64,000 bases of DNA, from positions 5,753 through 69,752 of the forward strand of contig JBBSEC010000003.1 of NCBI GenBank assembly GCA_038240075.1. The letters are read 5' to 3'. Below, piece by piece: positions 62,037 through 64,000 of this stretch. The notes below the pieces were generated by a model, which saw only the letters and a program-made list of their open reading frames with translations, was not told the DNA's origin and did not search any database. The translations under genes and the position numbers were made by a program. Source of the DNA: Acidimicrobiia bacterium (GTDB lineage Bacteria; Actinomycetota; Acidimicrobiia; IMCC26256; PALSA-610). The first letter of the stretch is position 1. The number at the start of each line of letters is the position of its first letter.

Positions 62037-62945
62037 TCAGCTCGAGGCGATGAAGTCGGCGACGACCGTTGCCAGTTCGGGGCCGGCGTCCTCTTGGAGG
62101 AAGTGGCCGGCGCCCGCGATCGTGGGGTGCTCGCGCCCCGCCGCGCCGGGCACGATGCTCTGGAAGACGCGCTGGCCGCCGCGCGTGATCGCGTCCTGGT
62201 CGGAGAACGCAGTGAGGAACGGTTTCTTCCACTCGCGGAACACGTCCCACGCGGCGCGGTTCGCCGGCGCTGCGGGATCGTCGGGGCGGGTCGGCACGAG
62301 CAGCGGGAACTGGCGCGCGCCTTCCTTGTAGGTCTCGTCGGGGAAGGGCGCGTCGTACGCGGCCACCACCTCGGGTGCCATCTCCGATGTCGTGCCGCCC
62401 TTGACGATGCCGCCGACATGGAAGACCGGCGTCTCCTGCGAGTACTTCTGCCACCCGAGAAACGCTTCGCCAGGGTCGTGCGAGCCGTCGGGAAGCATCG
62501 TGTTCGCCGCGACGACGCGCGCGAAGCGATCGGGGTGCTCGGCAACGATGCGCAGTCCGATGAGACCGCCCCAGTCCTGTCCGACGAAGGTCGCGTCGTG
62601 AATGTCGACCGCGTCGATGACGGCGCGGCGCATCCAGTCGACGTGGCGTTGATACGTGTAGTCGCTGCGGGCCGCGGGCTTGTCCGAACGACCGAACCCG
62701 ACGAGATCGGGCGCGATCACACGGTGACCGGCCGCCGTGAGCACCGGGATCATCGTGCGGTACAGGAAGCTCCACGAGGGCTCGCCGTGCATGAGCAGCA
62801 CCGGCGGCGCGTCGGCCGGGCCTTCGTCGAGGTAGTGCACCCGGAGCTGCCCGCCGTCGCCGTCGTCGATCTCGACGTAGTGCGGCGCGAACGGGAAGTC
62901 GGGCAGGTCGGCGAACCGGTCGTCGGGAGTGCGCAGGCTCTTCAT
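62037..62945 (-). CDS. haloalkane dehalogenase-type alpha/beta hydrolase
   Basis: ATG at 62945-62943 (MKSLRTPDDRFADLPDFPF...). HGEPSWSFLYR and GQDWGG nucleophile Asp. Confidence 0.85.
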   Translation of the reverse strand: MKSLRTPDDRFADLPDFPFAPHYVEIDDGDGGQLRVHYLDEGPADAPPVLLMHGEPSWSFLYRTMIPVLTAAGHRVIAPDLVGFGRSDKPAARSDYTYQRHVDWMRRAVIDAVDIHDATFVGQDWGGLIGLRIVAEHPDRFARVVAANTMLPDGSHDPGEAFLGWQKYSQETPVFHVGGIVKGGTTSEMAPEVVAAYDAPFPDETYKEGARQFPLLVPTRPDDPAAPANRAAWDVFREWKKPFLTAFSDQDAITRGGQRVFQSIVPGAAGREHPTIAGAGHFLQEDAGPELATVVADFIASS

Positions 62946-62983
62946 CTGCTCAGTCTGCCCGCTGCGCCTCGTTGACGGCGCGG

Positions 62984-63772
62984 CTACAGCTCCGGAACCG
63001 GGATCGTGAACGCGGGATGTTCGACACCACCGTCGATCTCGAACACCTTGCCCGTCACCCACGACGACGCGGGCGACGCGAGATAGACGACGCACGCCGC
63101 GATGTCGTCGACGGTTCCGACCCGGCGCATCGGCGTGTTGTCTTCGAGCTGCCGGCGCACCGACTCGTCGGTCAGCACCATCTCGAGCCCGGCCGTCTCG
63201 ACCCCGCCGACTTCGATCGCGTTGATCCGCACCTTCGGCGCGAGCTCGGGCGCGGCGAGGCGGGTCATGAACGACAGCCCGGCCTTCGCCGCGCCGTACG
63301 CGGTGAAGCCCGATTGCACCATGCTCGCGGCGCGCGACGAGATGTTGACGATCGCGCCGCCGCCGTTCTCGATCATCACCGGCACCACGAGCCGGATCAG
63401 CAGGAACGGTGCCGTCACGTTGAAGCGGTGCGCGGCCTCGAACGCGCGTTCGCTCGTCTCCATCATCGGACGCGGAAGCCAGCCGCCCGCGTTGTTGACG
63501 AGCACGTCGATGCGACCGAACTCGGCGACCGCGGACGCGACGAGACGTTCGAGGTCGGCGGTCTGTGTGACGTCGCACTGCACGGCAAGGCTGCGGCGGC
63601 CGCGTTCGCGCACCTCGGCCGCGGTGCGTTCGATGTCGTCGACGGTGCGCGCGGCGACGACGACATCCGCGCCGGCCTCGGCCAGCGCCCGCGCGGTTCC
63701 CGCGCCGATGCCCTTGCCGGCGCCGGTGACGACGGCGACGCGATCGGTCAGCTTGAACTGGTCGAGGATCAC
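62984..63772 (-). CDS. SDR family oxidoreductase (FabG-like)
   Basis: [23 protein letters not shown]. Confidence 0.9.
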   Translation of the reverse strand: MILDQFKLTDRVAVVTGAGKGIGAGTARALAEAGADVVVAARTVDDIERTAAEVRERGRRSLAVQCDVTQTADLERLVASAVAEFGRIDVLVNNAGGWLPRPMMETSERAFEAAHRFNVTAPFLLIRLVVPVMIENGGGAIVNISSRAASMVQSGFTAYGAAKAGLSFMTRLAAPELAPKVRINAIEVGGVETAGLEMVLTDESVRRQLEDNTPMRRVGTVDDIAACVVYLASPASSWVTGKVFEIDGGVEHPAFTIPVPEL

Positions 63773-63807
63773 GCGGGCACGGTACCAACGACCCGGGGAG
63801 CGGCGAC

Positions 63808-64000
63808 CTACGACGTGGCGAGACCGATCGGGCAGCTCACGCCGGTGCCACCGATCCCGCAGTAGCCGCCGGGGTTCTTGGCGAGGTACTGCTGGTGGTA
63901 GTCCTCGGCGTAGAAGAACTCCGGAGCCTCCCGCAGCTCCGTCGTGATCTCGCCGTGGCCGGCCTGCTTCAGCCGCGGCGCGTACTGGTCGCGCGACGCG
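63808..64000 (-). CDS. msrA: peptide-methionine (S)-S-oxide reductase MsrA, C-terminal part (continues beyond right edge)
   Basis: The reverse complement reads ...[36 protein letters not shown]. Confidence 0.85.
   Translation of the reverse strand, partial: ASRDQYAPRLKQAGHGEITTELREAPEFFYAEDYHQQYLAKNPGGYCGIGGTGVSCPIGLATS

Overview
By eye this is a very GC-rich, gene-dense chromosomal segment from an Actinomycetota-type genome (GC not computed). That placement is inferred from several F420/PPOX/Ddn-type enzymes and from DinB/TIGR03086-like, PIG-L and inositol-phosphate synthase genes, which suggest mycothiol metabolism. I support about 70 protein-coding genes, mostly redox and catabolic accessory functions. 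They include an efeU-efeO fusion with efeB, 2 P450s, 4 amidohydrolase-2 paralogues, 3 crotonases, a Rieske oxygenase, a sulfatase, a nitrilase, a haloalkane dehalogenase, a SulP transporter, and a TetR-controlled ABC exporter. I saw no rRNA, tRNA, CRISPR array or intact mobile element. There are two DUF222/HNH genes, a transposase relic and several gene remnants.

The main unexplained signals are:
1. A dispersed intergenic module of about 63-80 nt that I do not recognise. It has 6 full copies, one pair in perfect tandem, plus about 3 short derivatives. It usually sits exactly between the stop codon of one gene and the start codon of the next. Its substitutions look codon-like (V-T-S-A-T-x-D-G-E-A-H-A-x-A-T), and some copies have stop/start overlaps with the downstream gene.
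2. A thioredoxin-fold gene interrupted by one in-frame TGA at the redox motif (W-A-S-W-TGA-G-C), followed by a SECIS-like hairpin. This is a probable selenoprotein.
3. A second repeat, a 46-nt palindromic hairpin present twice. It shares three ordered 7-mers with the tetR/ABC operator region.
4. LexA-type SOS boxes on the start regions of both HNH genes.
5. Several perfect palindromes in very short divergent intergenic regions.

All protein family calls are from reading the translations and from memory of motifs. No searches were run.
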